64,000 nt of DNA, from the NCBI RefSeq assembly GCF_009834535.1, contig NC_045696.1:3412001-3476000 (forward strand), in the 5' to 3' direction. This DNA comes from Camelus ferus. Taxonomy: Eukaryota. Position numbers and translations under genes: made by a program. Under the pieces are notes generated by a model, which was given only the letters and a program-made list of their open reading frames with translations, was not told the origin of the DNA and searched no databases. Position 1 is the stretch's first letter, and each line of letters opens with the position of its first letter. Shown here one piece after another: positions 11,550-25,500 of the stretch.

Positions 11550-14500
11550 TTAAAGGACTACTACTCAGCCATAAAAAAGAATGAAATTTTTCCATTTGAG
11601 ACAACATAGACGGACCTGGAGGGTGTTATGCTCAGTGGAATGTCAGACAGAGAAAGACAAAGACTGTATTATTTCCCTTATATGTGGAATCTAAGAAACA
11701 GAACAAATGAGCAAACACAACAAAACAGAGTTACAGACATGGAGAACAAATAGGTGGTTGCCAGAGGGGAAGGAGGGAGGAGGAGAGAACTAGGTGAGGG
11801 AGATTAAGAGGGACAAACTTCCAGCTGCAAAATAAATGAGTCGCGGGGATGAAATGTACAGCCTGGGGAATACAGTCAATTACTGTGGGACATCTTTGCG
11901 TGGTGACACCTCATAACTAGACTTACCCTGGTGAGTGTTTTGAAATGCAGAGAAATATGGAACGACTGTGCTGTCTAACAGGAATTAACACAGTGTTGCG
12001 GGTCAATTATACTTCAAAAAGAAATTCATAGAAAAAGAGATCAGATTTGTGGTTACCAGAGGCAGGGTTGGGCAGAGGGGGAATTGGATGAAGGTGGGTC
12101 AAAAGACATAAACTTCCAGTTACAAGATAAATAAGTACCAGCGATGTAATGTGCAACATGAGAAAAGTAATTAACACTGCTACCCCTATATATGAAAAGC
12201 TGTTAAAAGAGTAAATCTTCAGGGCTCTCATCACAAGGAAAGCCCATCTCTTTCTATTTCTTTAATTTTGCGTCCCTGTGAGTCAACGGATGCTCATTAC
12301 ACTTGCGATAATCATTTCATGATGCAAGCCAGTCAGATTACTTTAACTTTCCATAGTGCTTTATGTCAGTTACAGCTCAAAAAAACTGGAAGAAAACATT
12401 TTTGAGAAGAATCTTTAGCTCTTGAACATTACTGGTCTCTCTAGGCTTTTATGCGAATAGAGAACTTAGAATGACTGAAAGGCATAATAGTATTTAGAGT
12501 TCATTTTCCTTGGTAGAGACTAGTGATGCATTAGCTTCTGGGAACAAACACATACAGGTTCTTAACTGAATTATCCAACATGGAAGCACTTAAACACCTG
12601 AATGGAGACCTGCCTCCTGCGTTTGCTTCTTAAAGTGCTTGCGCTCCTATCTCCATGTTTTTGGAGCAATTGCCTGCGTGATGTTTACCGTCCCTGCAGT
12701 TCTTCAGCTAAGAAATAGAATCCCATTCAGCACATCCGCGAAGCCACATCTGGGATGGGCTGTGCCAGAGGCACCGAGTCCAGGACGTGTGTCATCACAG
12801 CGTGCGCGCCCTGTGCCCTGAATCCCTTTGAGAACTGCCTCAGACCACCTGGGCAGTCCCCTTCTGTCTTCACAAGAATTTTACACATATTTTTGGACGT
12901 GATTCTGTCCTCCAGTGAATTTTGGGGGGCATGGACTAATTCGTATTTCTTATAGCCATACTTGGCACCATCTGTATACAGTACATCAAACTAAGAGGTG
13001 AGATCTTAAATTTAAATTTAAAAATTTTTAAATAAAAAAGTTAAAAATTAAAAACAATTTGAATAAAATTTAACAACAACAACAACAACGCCAGGAAGCA
13101 GAGCCAGCTAATGCACGTAATCTGCTGTGTCTGCATATAAGTCAGTCTGGGGGCATCTTAACTTTTTGACAAATTTCAAAACACAGGAGCCCCTGTGGTT
13201 TCCAGGGCCCAGATGACTCATGAGAGATGAATTTCCCTTTGCTCTGAACAGCCCTGAATCCTACTGAATTTAATTGCTAAACCAGGTGTTTGTCTAGCTC
13301 AGAAAAACAGCGAGCAGGAGAGCCCACGTCGGCGCCTCGCCCGCGGCCCACCCGCCCGGCTGCAGGTGGTGCTGACTCACCGGGGTACAGCCTGGCGCCC
13401 CCCGCGCCTGAGCGCCGCGGGCAGGAGCGGCCTTGCCTCCAGCACCTTTCACTTACAGTCTACCAGCCCCGCGTCCGTGCGGGCCTGAGAACCGCGGGGG
13501 CAGCTCTGCCCTCGCCGCGCCCCTGCCCGGCTTGTGCTCAGACGCCAGCTCAGAACGGAAGCTGCCCACTCACGGCTGCCAGCCCCCCTCCCCGTGTGCC
13601 CACCTCCAGGTGGCAGGCTTAGAGATCGTTAAGAAAGGGAAGCAAAACCCTGATGGTTATTTTCCAGTTGTGCTGGTTGGAGGGGTTGGAGTGGGGCCGA
13701 TGAAGGCTGTGGACACTGGAAATGTCCCAGTTGGTCCTTCAACCCAAGGACCGTGTCTGTGGCCTGAGGGCCTCCAAGGGGAAAGTGGATTCACGCTCAA
13801 GGGAGGCCAGCCAGGCCCACGTGTCCATCCGCGCTGACCCCACAGCTGCTTGGCCCGCCCTCGGCCCCGGGCCCGGCCTTCACCAGGGAACTCGCCGAGG
13901 GCTCCAGCCAGAGGCTCGGAGGGTGAGGGTCTCCCGCCCACCCTGTGCCAAGGAGGCCCCTGCAGAGGCAGAGTCACAGAGGGCACAGGGCTGCTCCTCA
14001 GAGGCAGTGTGACATTGACCTTGCTCCCCACCCCAACTTTTCTGAGCCTCCAGGTCCCATTGGCTAAATGTGGATATTAATTCCTGGTCTGGGGTGACTG
14101 GGGATGCTCAACACCCAGCCAGCAGCTCCTGGGGTCCTCGGGCCTGATACCCTCCCCACTCCTGTTCTTAAACAAGGTTGAAGGCCCTCGGGCCCTCCCC
14201 GCCCAGTGGCATAACATCCCTGATGAGAACAACCTGCCCGCAGTGGCCCGGGCCCCCTGCTGAGACCCACCCCCGGCCCACCTCCAACCTAGGACCCCTC
14301 CTCCCAGAGCCCAGCTGCCCCGCTGGCCCCACCACCTGGACACCCTCTACCTAGCAACTCCTCCACCATATCCAGGCTCCCTACTCTGGCCCCCACCACG
14401 CATTCCCCCAGCCACACTCGTCGTCCCCGCACCGTAAGCCTCTTGGGACGTTTCAGCCTCCTTTCACTGTCGTCTTCCGAAAGCACCCCTGCCCGATGTC

Positions 14501-16475
14501 GGGCTGTGGGCCCAGTGCTGGCCTGGCCACACCCTGTACTGGCAGGTGATGGCACCTGCTGTCCCAGGACCGCACGTTCCTCCAGGGACAGCCCCACCCG
14601 ATGCTGCTTCTGCTGCCCCCAGTGCCGGGTGCCAGCTGAACCCTGGAAGGGGCTGCCCCTGCCGCCTGGCATGGCCCTGACAACAGAGGCTTCGTGCCCA
14701 GTGGCTGAGTGTGGGGCTGAGGAGGACAGCTGGGAAGCCGGAGTGTAACCGAGGCCTAGAGACAGCCTTTGGAGGAGCAGGATGGACCACGTGGTGGATG
14801 CTGCAAATCTGAGATGCTGACAGGGGCCTGGGAGCCCCGGCCCAGAGTCACCACAGCGAGCAGGGGACAAGCCAGAGCCCCTCTCTGCACGTGGGGTGTG
14901 AGTGCCCCCCGGCCGGGACAGTCCCCCTCGCACCACTGCACGGAGGAGGAAAGACCCTCGAATAAAGAGATTTCTGATGGGGCCACAACCCTGAGGCCAG
15001 GTGCTGCTGATGGCGCCGCCCATATCCCCACCATGCACGCGCACACACGGCCATTCCACACATACTTCACAGACACCCACCACATGCACACACACACTCA
15101 CACTCGTCCATGCACGTGCACACAGACACGTTCTTATACACATGCACACGTGCACACAAACGCACACTCGGACACACACAGGCTCCCGGCTTCCCTGCCC
15201 TGTCCCCTCCCCCTCTGGCTCCCCATCCTGCCTGTGCACCACTTCTCTGGAGGACTTTTCAAACCCCGACTTTGCACCAGAATCCCTGTACCAGGGCAGC
15301 ATGGTTCCCGGCGAGAGCTCAGCCCTATCCTGACCCTTCGCTGGGTCCCCCACTTAGGGTCAGAGACCTCAGGGTGCCAAGTCTTCTGGGGCCCCTGGGC
15401 TGGACGCGGCCCCTCCCCATGTTGAGATGCAGACTCCTGGATGCCGCCTCCCCGCGCCCCCACGGTGGTCCGGGCCCGGCCTCACGCTCTGCACGACGGT
15501 CCCACACTCGTTCCACGCAGCCACCAGGATCACGTGCGTGCTGTTGCGGTCGCTGACGCCGCAGGATGGGTGGCCCAGGTGCAGGGAGGACTCGGGGATG
15601 GACTCCTGCTGCAGGAAGCGCCTCTGGATGGCGATGGCCACCTTCTCGATCTCACAGAGCACCTTGACCGCTCCGGTCAGGTTCAGCCGTGGGGGCAGGC
15701 CCTGGGGGGCCAGGTGGTGCCCCTGCGCAGAGACAGTCCCAGTTCCTGCCGGGGTAGGGGGCCGGGTCGTGTTGCCAGAGGGGTCGCCTGCAAGGCATGA
15801 GGAGACAAAAGCATAGGGTGGGTCTGTGTTTTGGGACCACCAGGTGAGCCCAGCTGGGGAGGTGGGCACTGAGGGGCCGGGCGGACAGCAGATGTGCACA
15901 CCTGGGGCTGCACGTGCCAGCACGGCCACACACACGCGTGTTGCACGTTCCTGCCAGCCCAGGCAGCAGGGCCTGGCGTGGCACACATGGTCCCCGTGGC
16001 CCCCGTGGGCCGAGGAACTGAGACACCCTCCGCCCTCCCAGCCTCTCCAGCCCGACACTGGGCAGGCGCCGGACCCACTGACTTGGGATCAGCCATCTGC
16101 CCCCGGGGCCCCGAGTCTCATCTCTAAAATGGGTTAATGAAGTTTACTCTCAGGACCCCCGAGCCTAGATGGCAGGGGTCATCTCAGGGTCAACACTGAA
16201 TCCCCAAAAGCTCGAATTAACGGAAAAAGTGTGGAGTGGGAAGTGGGGCCGAGTAGAACATCTCCATGTGTTGCCTGTCACTCGGGCTTTATGTCTTGCA
16301 AGATCATCTTCTAGCATCTGAGAGGACACACCTGAGTTGACGTGTGTGCGTTTTCTCAGCACAGGCGTCAGAAGAAGTGCTTGCGGGCACCACCCGGAAG
16401 GCTGGAGGGGTGGGGAGGGGTGGGGAGGCACAGGCACGCACAGGCACACGTACCCACATGCCCACATGCACGTGA

Positions 16476-16516
<41 letters not shown>

Positions 16517-19500
16517 AGGAGACTTGCCCGGGACACAAAAACATGCTGACCTCGTTTGCAAGACACACTTTTGGGGTGAATATCCTTAAAAGAACAGACT
16601 ACCCGACAGTATTCCGGACAAGGGGTCCTGAGACTCTTACCTTCACAGGGTCTTCCAGAATATTCTACGGAGAAGCCGGGGGTGCCTCCCCCGCAGCTGC
16701 AGGCGAAAGACCCCAGGGAGTTGCGGCAGGTGGAGCCCGGTCCGCAGTCATCCTCCCTCCTCTCGCACTCGTCGTAATCTGCAGGGCATTTAGAAAGCTA
16801 GTCCGGAGACCCTCCGCGGCCGCCCGACGGGGCAGGCGCGCCTCGGGAAGCGAAGTTCAGGTGCTCAAATGACAGCCGGACGGCCGCTCTGCAGGGTTCC
16901 GGAGACAGAGCGGCCCCCGACTTTCTGCCGGGGGTGGGGTGGGGCCGGGGGGTGGAGCAGCACCCCCTCAGCTCCCTGGAGGCCGGCAGACCAGAGGGGC
17001 CCCACCCAGCCCTGGGCTCGGGCAGAGGGACCCCAGCAGCCGCTCTCCTTTCAAATCTACACTTGGTCACTTATCTGACCGATAACGCAGGTTTACTGCA
17101 GGAAACAGATGAAACCCAGGGCAGCTCAGCCGAGAGCACACAGTTCCCCGGGAGGCCACCTCCCGGCGTGCGTGTTCGCACGTTGGCACACTTCCTTCCG
17201 GTCCTTTAACAGGCAGACTGGGGGCAGGTGCCGCTCAGCGGCAGGGCGCGCCGGGCACGCACAGGTCCTGGGCGCGAGACCCCGCGCCGCCACCGAAGGA
17301 AAACAAGAACAATTTGAATAAATAAGAGGCAGGCTGCAGCGCAGCTGAAACCGCGTTTTACACGCAAGCGGGAGCCCTGCTTTCTCCCCTTTTCCTTGGG
17401 TCAGGAATATTTTCTGTCTCAGCAAACCTCACTTTTAAGAATTGCCTGACGGCCCGTGGCATGAACACAGCATTTAGTTAATATCTTCCCTACACGGGAT
17501 TACGAGTCGTTTCCAGTCTTCTGCTTTTAAAGTAGCACTGACATGAATGTCCTCGTACATAAGCTATGGTCCAGACTGAGATCGGTTTCCTTAGGATGAA
17601 GTCCTAGACGCGCTATTATTCTAAAGCCAAAGTGGATGAACAGTTTAAAAGTTCCTGACACACACTGTCAAACTGGCTTCCAGGAAGTGCGAGCCAATCC
17701 CTGTCCCCCGAGGGTGGCCTGCGGGTGCTGGCTCCCTATGCCCCCACCAGGGTCACCGTCTTAATTATTATTATTGCTCCTGGATGGGCATGCCTTGATT
17801 CTCCTGCCTTTGTTAGCGGCGTGTTTCTTCTTTCATGGACTGTCTATCCGGGTCCTCTGTGCACGTGTCTATTGGGGTCCTAGTATTTTATCCTCAATGC
17901 CTGTGATCCCTCTATATTTAGGATGCAATTCTTCATCAGATTTTCGGAATGATTTTCTCTTTTGTTGCCTATGAGAGATGTAATTCATAGAGGCAAATAT
18001 TCCAGCCTTTTCTCTGCAGGCTTCACCCTTCTCATTCCAAAAATCAGAAAAATATTCATCTACATTGTCTTTGATTTTATTCATACATGTAACTATAAGC
18101 CTTTCCTCATTTATTCTCAGCTGTGATGTAAGCTAGAGACTGAATCATGTCCCTTCAAAACTTGTGTGTCGAAGCCCGGACTCCCAGTGTGAGTACATTT
18201 GGAGACGGGCCTGTTAGGAGATAATTAACGTTAAATGAGGTCATAAGGGAGGGGCCCCGACCCAAGAGGACTGACGTCCTTATAAGAAGAGATGCCAGAT
18301 CCCTCGCTGTCTACACACCCAGAGGAAAAGCCAGGAGAGGACACAGCAGAAAGGGGGCTGCCTACCTGCCAGGAGGGTCCCTCACCAGCATCACCAGGAC
18401 CCTGATCTTGGACTTAAAGCCTCTCAAACCATGAGAAAGTAAATGTCTGTCGTTGAAGCCGCTCAGTCCATGGTATTTTGTTGCAACAGCTCAAGCTGAC
18501 TAATACAACATGAGAAAAGACTCTAAATTGCCTCTTCTCCCTGCTTCTTTTTTCACTTGTTTTCACTAGGTCTCCTTGGAAACTGTGCCTGGGAGGAGGT
18601 CTGGCTGCGGAGACGGACATGTCTGCCCTCAACTCGCCCAGACGCTGCGGGGGAAGGAGGGGCAGGATGCAGCCGCTGTGGGGATCCTCGCAGGCTCCCC
18701 CAGAGAGGTTTCCAACTCTAAAAACTATTTTTGAAAGAACCACAGTAGCAATAAGGGAGCTGAGCGTCCCTTATTTTCACATTTTCTTCGAACGCAGGGG
18801 AAGCCCTTAAGAGGAAGAGCACCTTTTAGAAACAAAGCCAGTGGCTAAGATTTCACTCTCTCGTCAGAACCCAGTGAGTCTCTGTGGGGCCCAGCCTCCA
18901 CGTACCCCAGATGGAGGTGTCCCCTCCGACCACCTCCAGCAGAGACGTGTTCTGAAAGGCGGTGAGGAACGCAGCAGACACCTCCCGGACATCCACGTCT
19001 GCGACTGATCAGCAGGGTAAACTCCACCACGACACTGCCATTGGCGATGCGGGTCACCTCCACCCGCACCCCACCTGTGTCCAGGTGCTGACGCATGGAG
19101 GCTGGCAAGGAATCCCGCACCTTTAGAGAAACAGGGCTGGTGAGGAGAGCTGCCCGCGAGAGAGGAAACGGGGCACTTGTCCTGAGGGGGGCTCCTCCTG
19201 GGGTTCCGGCCAGCAGCCGGCTGGCCTCGGCAAAGAGGTCAAAGCCTCACGTCAGCTCTGGCCCCTGCCTGTCTGCTGAATCCCCAGGCCCAGCACAAAT
19301 GCAGGGGGTTCTGAGACACTGAGCCCCATTCCCCCCCAACCAGCTGATGGGCACGTACCCTGTGGGCTTGTAACTTGGGAGGGGGCTGAACGAATGATCA
19401 CAGGAAGGGACACCACCTTCCCCACTGCATTTTTTCTAGAACAGTCCTGTGAACCTCATGCTGCAGAACATCCCGCCTTCCCTTCTGCCTCCTGCCTTGC

Positions 19501-22500
19501 TGAGAACCGCTTCCCTGCGGACGTCCTAGGGGGACAGGTGGTTCTCACCTGTAAACGCCTTGTTTACTGTTCTACGTTTGGACAGAATCCTAATCACACA
19601 CTATATTATTCCATTCTCTCCCATCAGGGCCAAAATGCCCAGAAAGGCACCCGATCTTAGAATGAGCTGTAAGCAATCCACATAATGCGACGTGCTATGG
19701 AAGAGCCCCCCTGCACAGTTTGCCCTCACAGAGGAAACCTCGTCTTCATCTGACCCGCATGAGGTTCGAGGCCCAGGCGGATGGGTTTCCAGCCCTGGGA
19801 CAGCCAGCGTGAGCAAGGGTGTTGTTGCCCGTCGGAGGCTGCAGACGCCCGCGAGGCCCCAGAGCCGCCTGCAGCCACGCGGCCGCCATCATTATCCCCG
19901 GAATAGCTTGTCTTCTGTCTCCGTCTCTCTCTCTCTCTGGGGTTTCCAGAGTGGGATCTGTCACAGTCTGGGGTTAAAGTCATTTTTGTCTGCATTTCAA
20001 GCCAGTCTCAAAGCAAAGTTCCAGGCCCTTTGGTAGGAAGTGACAAAGAGCAAGGTGACACATTAACCCACAACCTCCCCGAATGTGTCTTAATGTCCTA
20101 CACACGTGTTAAGGTGCACAGTTGTTTGCTGTCCTGAAATTCCAGACAGATAAAAACTTTGGCCCCATGTAGGCAAAAGACGAAATGCTTTAAAAGGGCA
20201 AGATTAATCAAGGAACTGGGGTGGCAGGGACGCTGCCTCGTGTGATGCTAGAGACACGGGAACTGATTTCAGTGGTCGTTGCTTAATGTGACGTGTAACT
20301 GTGATTTACGCTAAAGAAGATGACGATACACGTGTGAATCGAGCCATCAGCAGCTCTTGAATCCACGCACTGGGCCAGGAGCCGGGACCTCAGAATAAAT
20401 AGAGCAGGAGCCCAGACCCCAGGGAGCCCGAGGGTACAGTTCCTGGAGGCAGCATGCTGGCTTTATCCAGGAGAAACGCCCGTGAGTGTGGACAGCCTCA
20501 CCCAACACTGCAGCCGCCAGCATCACCGACGCGCCATCATGCTACTCCGCCAGTAGGTGGCGCTGCCAAGCCCTCTCCAGCCCGTGTCCTAACCTCCCAG
20601 AACTTGGAAAAGCTAAAATGTAGAGATGTCGTCTGTGCAAACAAGAGCCCTAGATTAAGACAAGTGCATTCTCTATTCGCCAAAGGGCAACCTAACCACC
20701 AGCGAAAAGAATGCTGAGGCTGCTACCCTAACTGAATAGCAACAACGGACCTCCCCAAAGAGTGCCAGTGGGACGGCAGAGGGCACTGAAAGAGAGCAAG
20801 AAAAAGAATTTTTAAGGCAGGGATCATAGCAATGTTAGTCACAGTAGCCAGAAGGCGGAAGCCACCCGAATGTCCATCGAATGACTGGATAAACAGAACG
20901 TGGCCTGTCCGTGCAATGGAATCAAGCCCTAAAAGGGATGAAGTCCTGATACCGGGACGAGATGGATGAAGCTTGAGGACATCACACTCAGCGAGATAAG
21001 CCAGACTCAAAGGGGCCGAACTGTATGATTTCATTTCTATGAAGCATCCAGAATAGACAAACCCATAGAGGCAGAAAGCACATGCCTGGTTCCAGGGGTG
21101 CAGAGAAGGGGGGAGGGTGAGCGACTACTGATGAGTATGGGGTTTCTTTTCTGAGACGATGAAAATGTTCTGAAATTAGGTGGTGTTGAAGGTTGCACAA
21201 CTTTGTAAATACAGCCTGAACCACTGAATTGTGCACTTTAAAAGTGTGAGTTTTCACGGACATCAACAACAAACTATGGTTACAGAGGGGAAAGGGGGTG
21301 GGGGGGCTGCATTAGGAGTCTGGGATTAGCAGATACAAAGGACTGTATACAAACTAGATAAACAACAAGGTCCTGCTGCACAGCACAGGGGGCTGTATTC
21401 CGTATCCTGTAATAACCTGTAATGGAAAAGAGTCTGGAAAAGGACCTATATGAAGATGAGTAGCTGAATCACTGTGCTGTACACCAGAAACTAACACAAC
21501 ACAGGAAGCCAACTACACTTCAGTAATTTTTTTGAAGTGTGAGTTTTCTGGTGCGTGAAACAGATCTCAATGTTCAATTTCTTTCCTTTTAAGGCGGGGG
21601 CGGGGAGGCTTTCTGCTCCTCGGGACCCCACGTCAATAAAGAAGCCACCCTAAGCAGGAAGCGATGCGAGGCAAGGACACAGCAAGAGGAGGAGGTGTGT
21701 CTCCCTCCTGCTGCCGTGACTAATGGCAGATCCAGGACACACAGGCGCCACGCCAGAGCCAGAGGCGCTAGCTTCCTTCAGAAACGAGGAGCTTGCAGCA
21801 TCTTCAGGTCTGAGTCCTGGTTAGCTGCGACTAGGATGCTGCCACCTCCCTCATTCACGTCCCAGGAGAAAAGGAAGATGATTCCGCCAACGTACCGCCC
21901 TGAAAAGCAGCCGCAGGAAGGCCTGGTATTCCCCGCTGCTCACGTTGCGGAAGGATTCTGAATACCTGACGTTCGCTATTCTGACTTGTCCACTGAGCTT
22001 CTGGGCCGCTGCAGGACGGAGAACAAACATGTAACAGATTATCAGCTCTATCTTAAAAATAGTGTTTCTGTGTTGGCCAGGAGCAGCATCACACTGAGGC
22101 TGACCTGCACTCTGTAAAGAAGGAACGGCACCCGGGACACACAGACGCCGCCCACCAGACTCTAGGGGGTGGCAGGACAAAGCCTGGGCACAGAGGGAGA
22201 GCCTTCTGGAGGCCACGGAGCTCAGCCACTGCAGCCCTGTCCTGCCTGCCGGGGCGGTTACCTGTGCACGGGATGCCCACGTAACCCACCAGCCGGCCGG
22301 GGCAGCTCTGAGAGTGAAAGGAGGCCCTCTGTGGTGACGGCGCCAGGGCCACGGGCGTGCGCCGGCAGTGAGGGCCAGCACGGCGTAGGATCGCCTTGCC
22401 GAGTGCCTGCTCACGACAGACCGCCCCGGGGTCCTGCCGCAGCCGGCTCTCCTCCCCCGTAGCCCTGCCTCTCTGCAGGTAAGGGCAGCTCCTGCTTTCA

Positions 22501-25500
22501 CGCTGGTCTGTTCCATCTGAATCTTCCCCCTTCCAGTGGGGCTTCTGAGAGTTCGTGGTCTGGGAGCATCGCCCGGCCGCGTCCTGGCTTCCGGCGTGGC
22601 CGCCGTCTCCGGTCCCGCTCAGTGCCTCACCAGGGATTTGCGAAGCACCTGCCACGCGCAGGGCGTTCTGGGCAGCGCAGGAGGAGGACCAGGTGGTCCT
22701 GTCGGGGGCTGAGAGTCCCTCCCCCAGAAGCTTGCTGCCCAGACGTGAGACAAACCACAAAGCCGCCCCATTATGCATTCCTGGGTGAACCCCAACCCCA
22801 TGTCCTCAGGTTCATGGCTCTCACTGCGCCTGGGAGCCACCGGTCCAGACTCCAGCAACTAGTGTCTGACCTGACCTGAAACCCACCAGGTGCACAGGTG
22901 AGAGCAGATGTGGACCCGTCTCAGGCCAGGGTCACACGCTCACGGGCAGCTCCGCCCTGTAGGCGCGGGTGAGACCTTCAGAGGCCTGATCTGCACTGAA
23001 CGCCCAGCACCAGCTCCCAGACTCCTCCGGGGCTGCCCTGCCTGCCTGTCTGGCTAGCAGTGACCTCCCCTTCCCCAGCTCGCCACCAGCTTACGTGTGG
23101 CGTCGTCACCCACCTTCCCCGCTCTGACTTCCCAGTCCACGGCTAATTTGTACTTCAAAGCGTACAAACAAGAGCTCTAAACTTTCCCAGCTGCACCCTA
23201 ACAGGTCATCTTAGGCATCTCCCTGGGGTGTGCACCCCACCTTGGAGACCACCGCTATCAACTCTTGGACAGCTGCCCAAGCTCGGAGGACTTCTCTGCA
23301 ACATCAGGTCCACCCTGGCTGCTCAGCTAAGTCAGACATTCAGGAAAACACGTGGGTGACAGTTTCCCTGCCGTGCACCCGTGAGGACGCAGGTGAGCAT
23401 CTGTAACCTCTGCAGAGTCTGGAACGCTTTGCAACACAGCCTCATGGCCCACAGTCTGCCCAGCACCGGTCCCTGAAATGATCCACCTGCAGTGTGGCCT
23501 TTACACACCAGCTGAGCATACACTGAGCCCGATGTTCCGAGGCGGAGAAGGAAGCGGAAACCCAGACGCCCACGAAGAAGTCCAGCTCCTCTAAACACCC
23601 AACCACCGGGGCCCTTTCCTCCTCCCTTTGAGAATCAGTGGTGATGGCGCATCTGAAGCCCATTACCTGTCCTCACTCTCAGGTGGGCTCTGGAACTTTC
23701 TTCCCCACATGCTTTGGCCACGATCTCAACCAAGTGCAAGACGCCAGGCTCCAGGTCAGACAGAGTCAGACTTGCGTTCTGGGTCTCCAGGTGCACTGCA
23801 GGGCCCCGAGCAGAAATCAGGGTGAGCTGGAAAGTGCGGTGCAGGGTGAGATCTGCCGCCCACGCCACGTGGAAGCCTGTGCTGGTCACGTTGGAGACTG
23901 AGACTCTGCCGACGGGGACGGGAGCTGGAAAACAGAATATAAACGCTCTGATTAAAATAAATTCAAGGATCCATTCTGAGGACACAGGCAAAGAGAAGCC
24001 TCACCCCACTGCTCGGGGACACGAGTCCTCAGGGACGCCGACCCAAGGGGAGTCAAGTACCCTGGCTGCTGGCTGCACAGGCCGGTGCACAGTCCCTGAC
24101 TGCCTCCTGAGCCCTGGGCTCCCGGGGACGGCCCCCGCCCCTCAGTTTTGCCCCGTTTCCCAGCCTGAGGTTCCGGGACTTGGAGAAACCAAGTTTCCTT
24201 GAGCAGGTTCTGAGGGGCTCCTCCGGAGCAGTTGTTCCCCTCGAGCCCTGGGCAGAGTCGGGGGGAGTCAGCCAGGTGGCCATCTGGCTACAACCATTCC
24301 TACAGGGGAGCCGGGGTGGTGTACACAGGCTGAAGGGTTTAGTCTTGGATCTGGCACTGTTTAGCAGAGGAAATGCATCGATGGAGCTGCACTTAACAGT
24401 TGGTTCCATTTGGATGTAACCCAGGGTCAGGCTGGCTCAGTGCTCTCACACAAGGATGCCAGCACCGCCTTCTTGGCGGAGGCTGCACGGCCAGGCCCTT
24501 TCCTGCACAGAGGCTGCCTGTCTCCTGGGACATCACCCAGGGGTCTCGGTGATGGCTAAACACCTTGAAAGTAGTGAGTAATTTGGAACTGCTGGGGGCT
24601 GCATCAGGGTACGGGGTTGGCACTCCTGGGGGTCTATACCTGGATAGGGGGGCTATAGATGTTGGGGGCTGCACCAGGCTGGGGGTGCAGCACTGCTAGG
24701 GAGGTGCAGAAATGTTGGGGGCCCAACACTGCTGAGGGGCCACCTGCTCAATGCGCTTAATGCAACTCATGCCTGACTTCCTGCTCCAACCGCCGGCAAC
24801 CAGGGAGGTTTCGGAAGGGGGAGGACAGGGTTGGAGGGAAAGCGGGGAGACCCAGGTCCATCCTAACCAGACTGGACTCCGGCCGCTGCGGGCCGGGGCT
24901 GCTCCGCACTGGGTTTGCACAGCCATGAGGTGAGGGCTCCACTTCCGAGCTGCAGAGCAGCCTTCAACCAGACGACGGTGTGAGCTTTGCCAACGGAAAC
25001 ACACACCACGTGGCTGCACTGGTCCCTCTGGGACGCACATCCCAACCACTCACCGCAGGCCGGGATCTTCGGAGATGCAGGGGCTGGGGCCGAGGGCAGG
25101 TCTGGGGAGCCGGAGGGTCCAGGGTCTGAGTTCTGAGGCCACGTGGGGTCCAGAGGTGCTGCAAGTGTGTCCCTCGTGGGGAGGCTGGCATGCCACTCAA
25201 TGTGGCCCGTGGGTCCTTCAGTAGGAGTGGGCCAAAAGGGCAGCTCGGTAGTGGAGTTTGGAGGCAACCCCCCAAGGGGGTCCAGCAGGATGTCTGTGGC
25301 CCGGGGGAGGGGGCTGGGGGTTGGCCCAGGAGCCCTGGGGGCGAAGGCAGTGTTGGCCACCCTGCTGGCTGTCCACTGGCCCGTCTCCAGGCCTAGGGCC
25401 GTGCTGGCCTCCTCCTCCACGCCTTGCCCGGTGCTGTTACTACCGTAGCCGACCGTGCCACTGACCCCTCTTCTGGGTGGGGGCCCTGGGGTCCAGGCCT

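Noticed and set aside
14289..15425. Long overlapping ORFs (354 aa minus, 218 aa plus)
   Set aside because: Intronic, GC-rich and running through CA/TG low-complexity sequence (VCVCV, THTH); no recognisable domain.
24590..24740. Degenerate G-rich tandem-like repeat (gggggctgca...)
   Set aside because: Too irregular to define a unit; no function supportable.
25407..25408. Possible GC-AG donor GAG|GCCAGC inside exon 11
   Set aside because: Poor match to the strong consensus GC donors require, and no AG at the equivalent acceptor.
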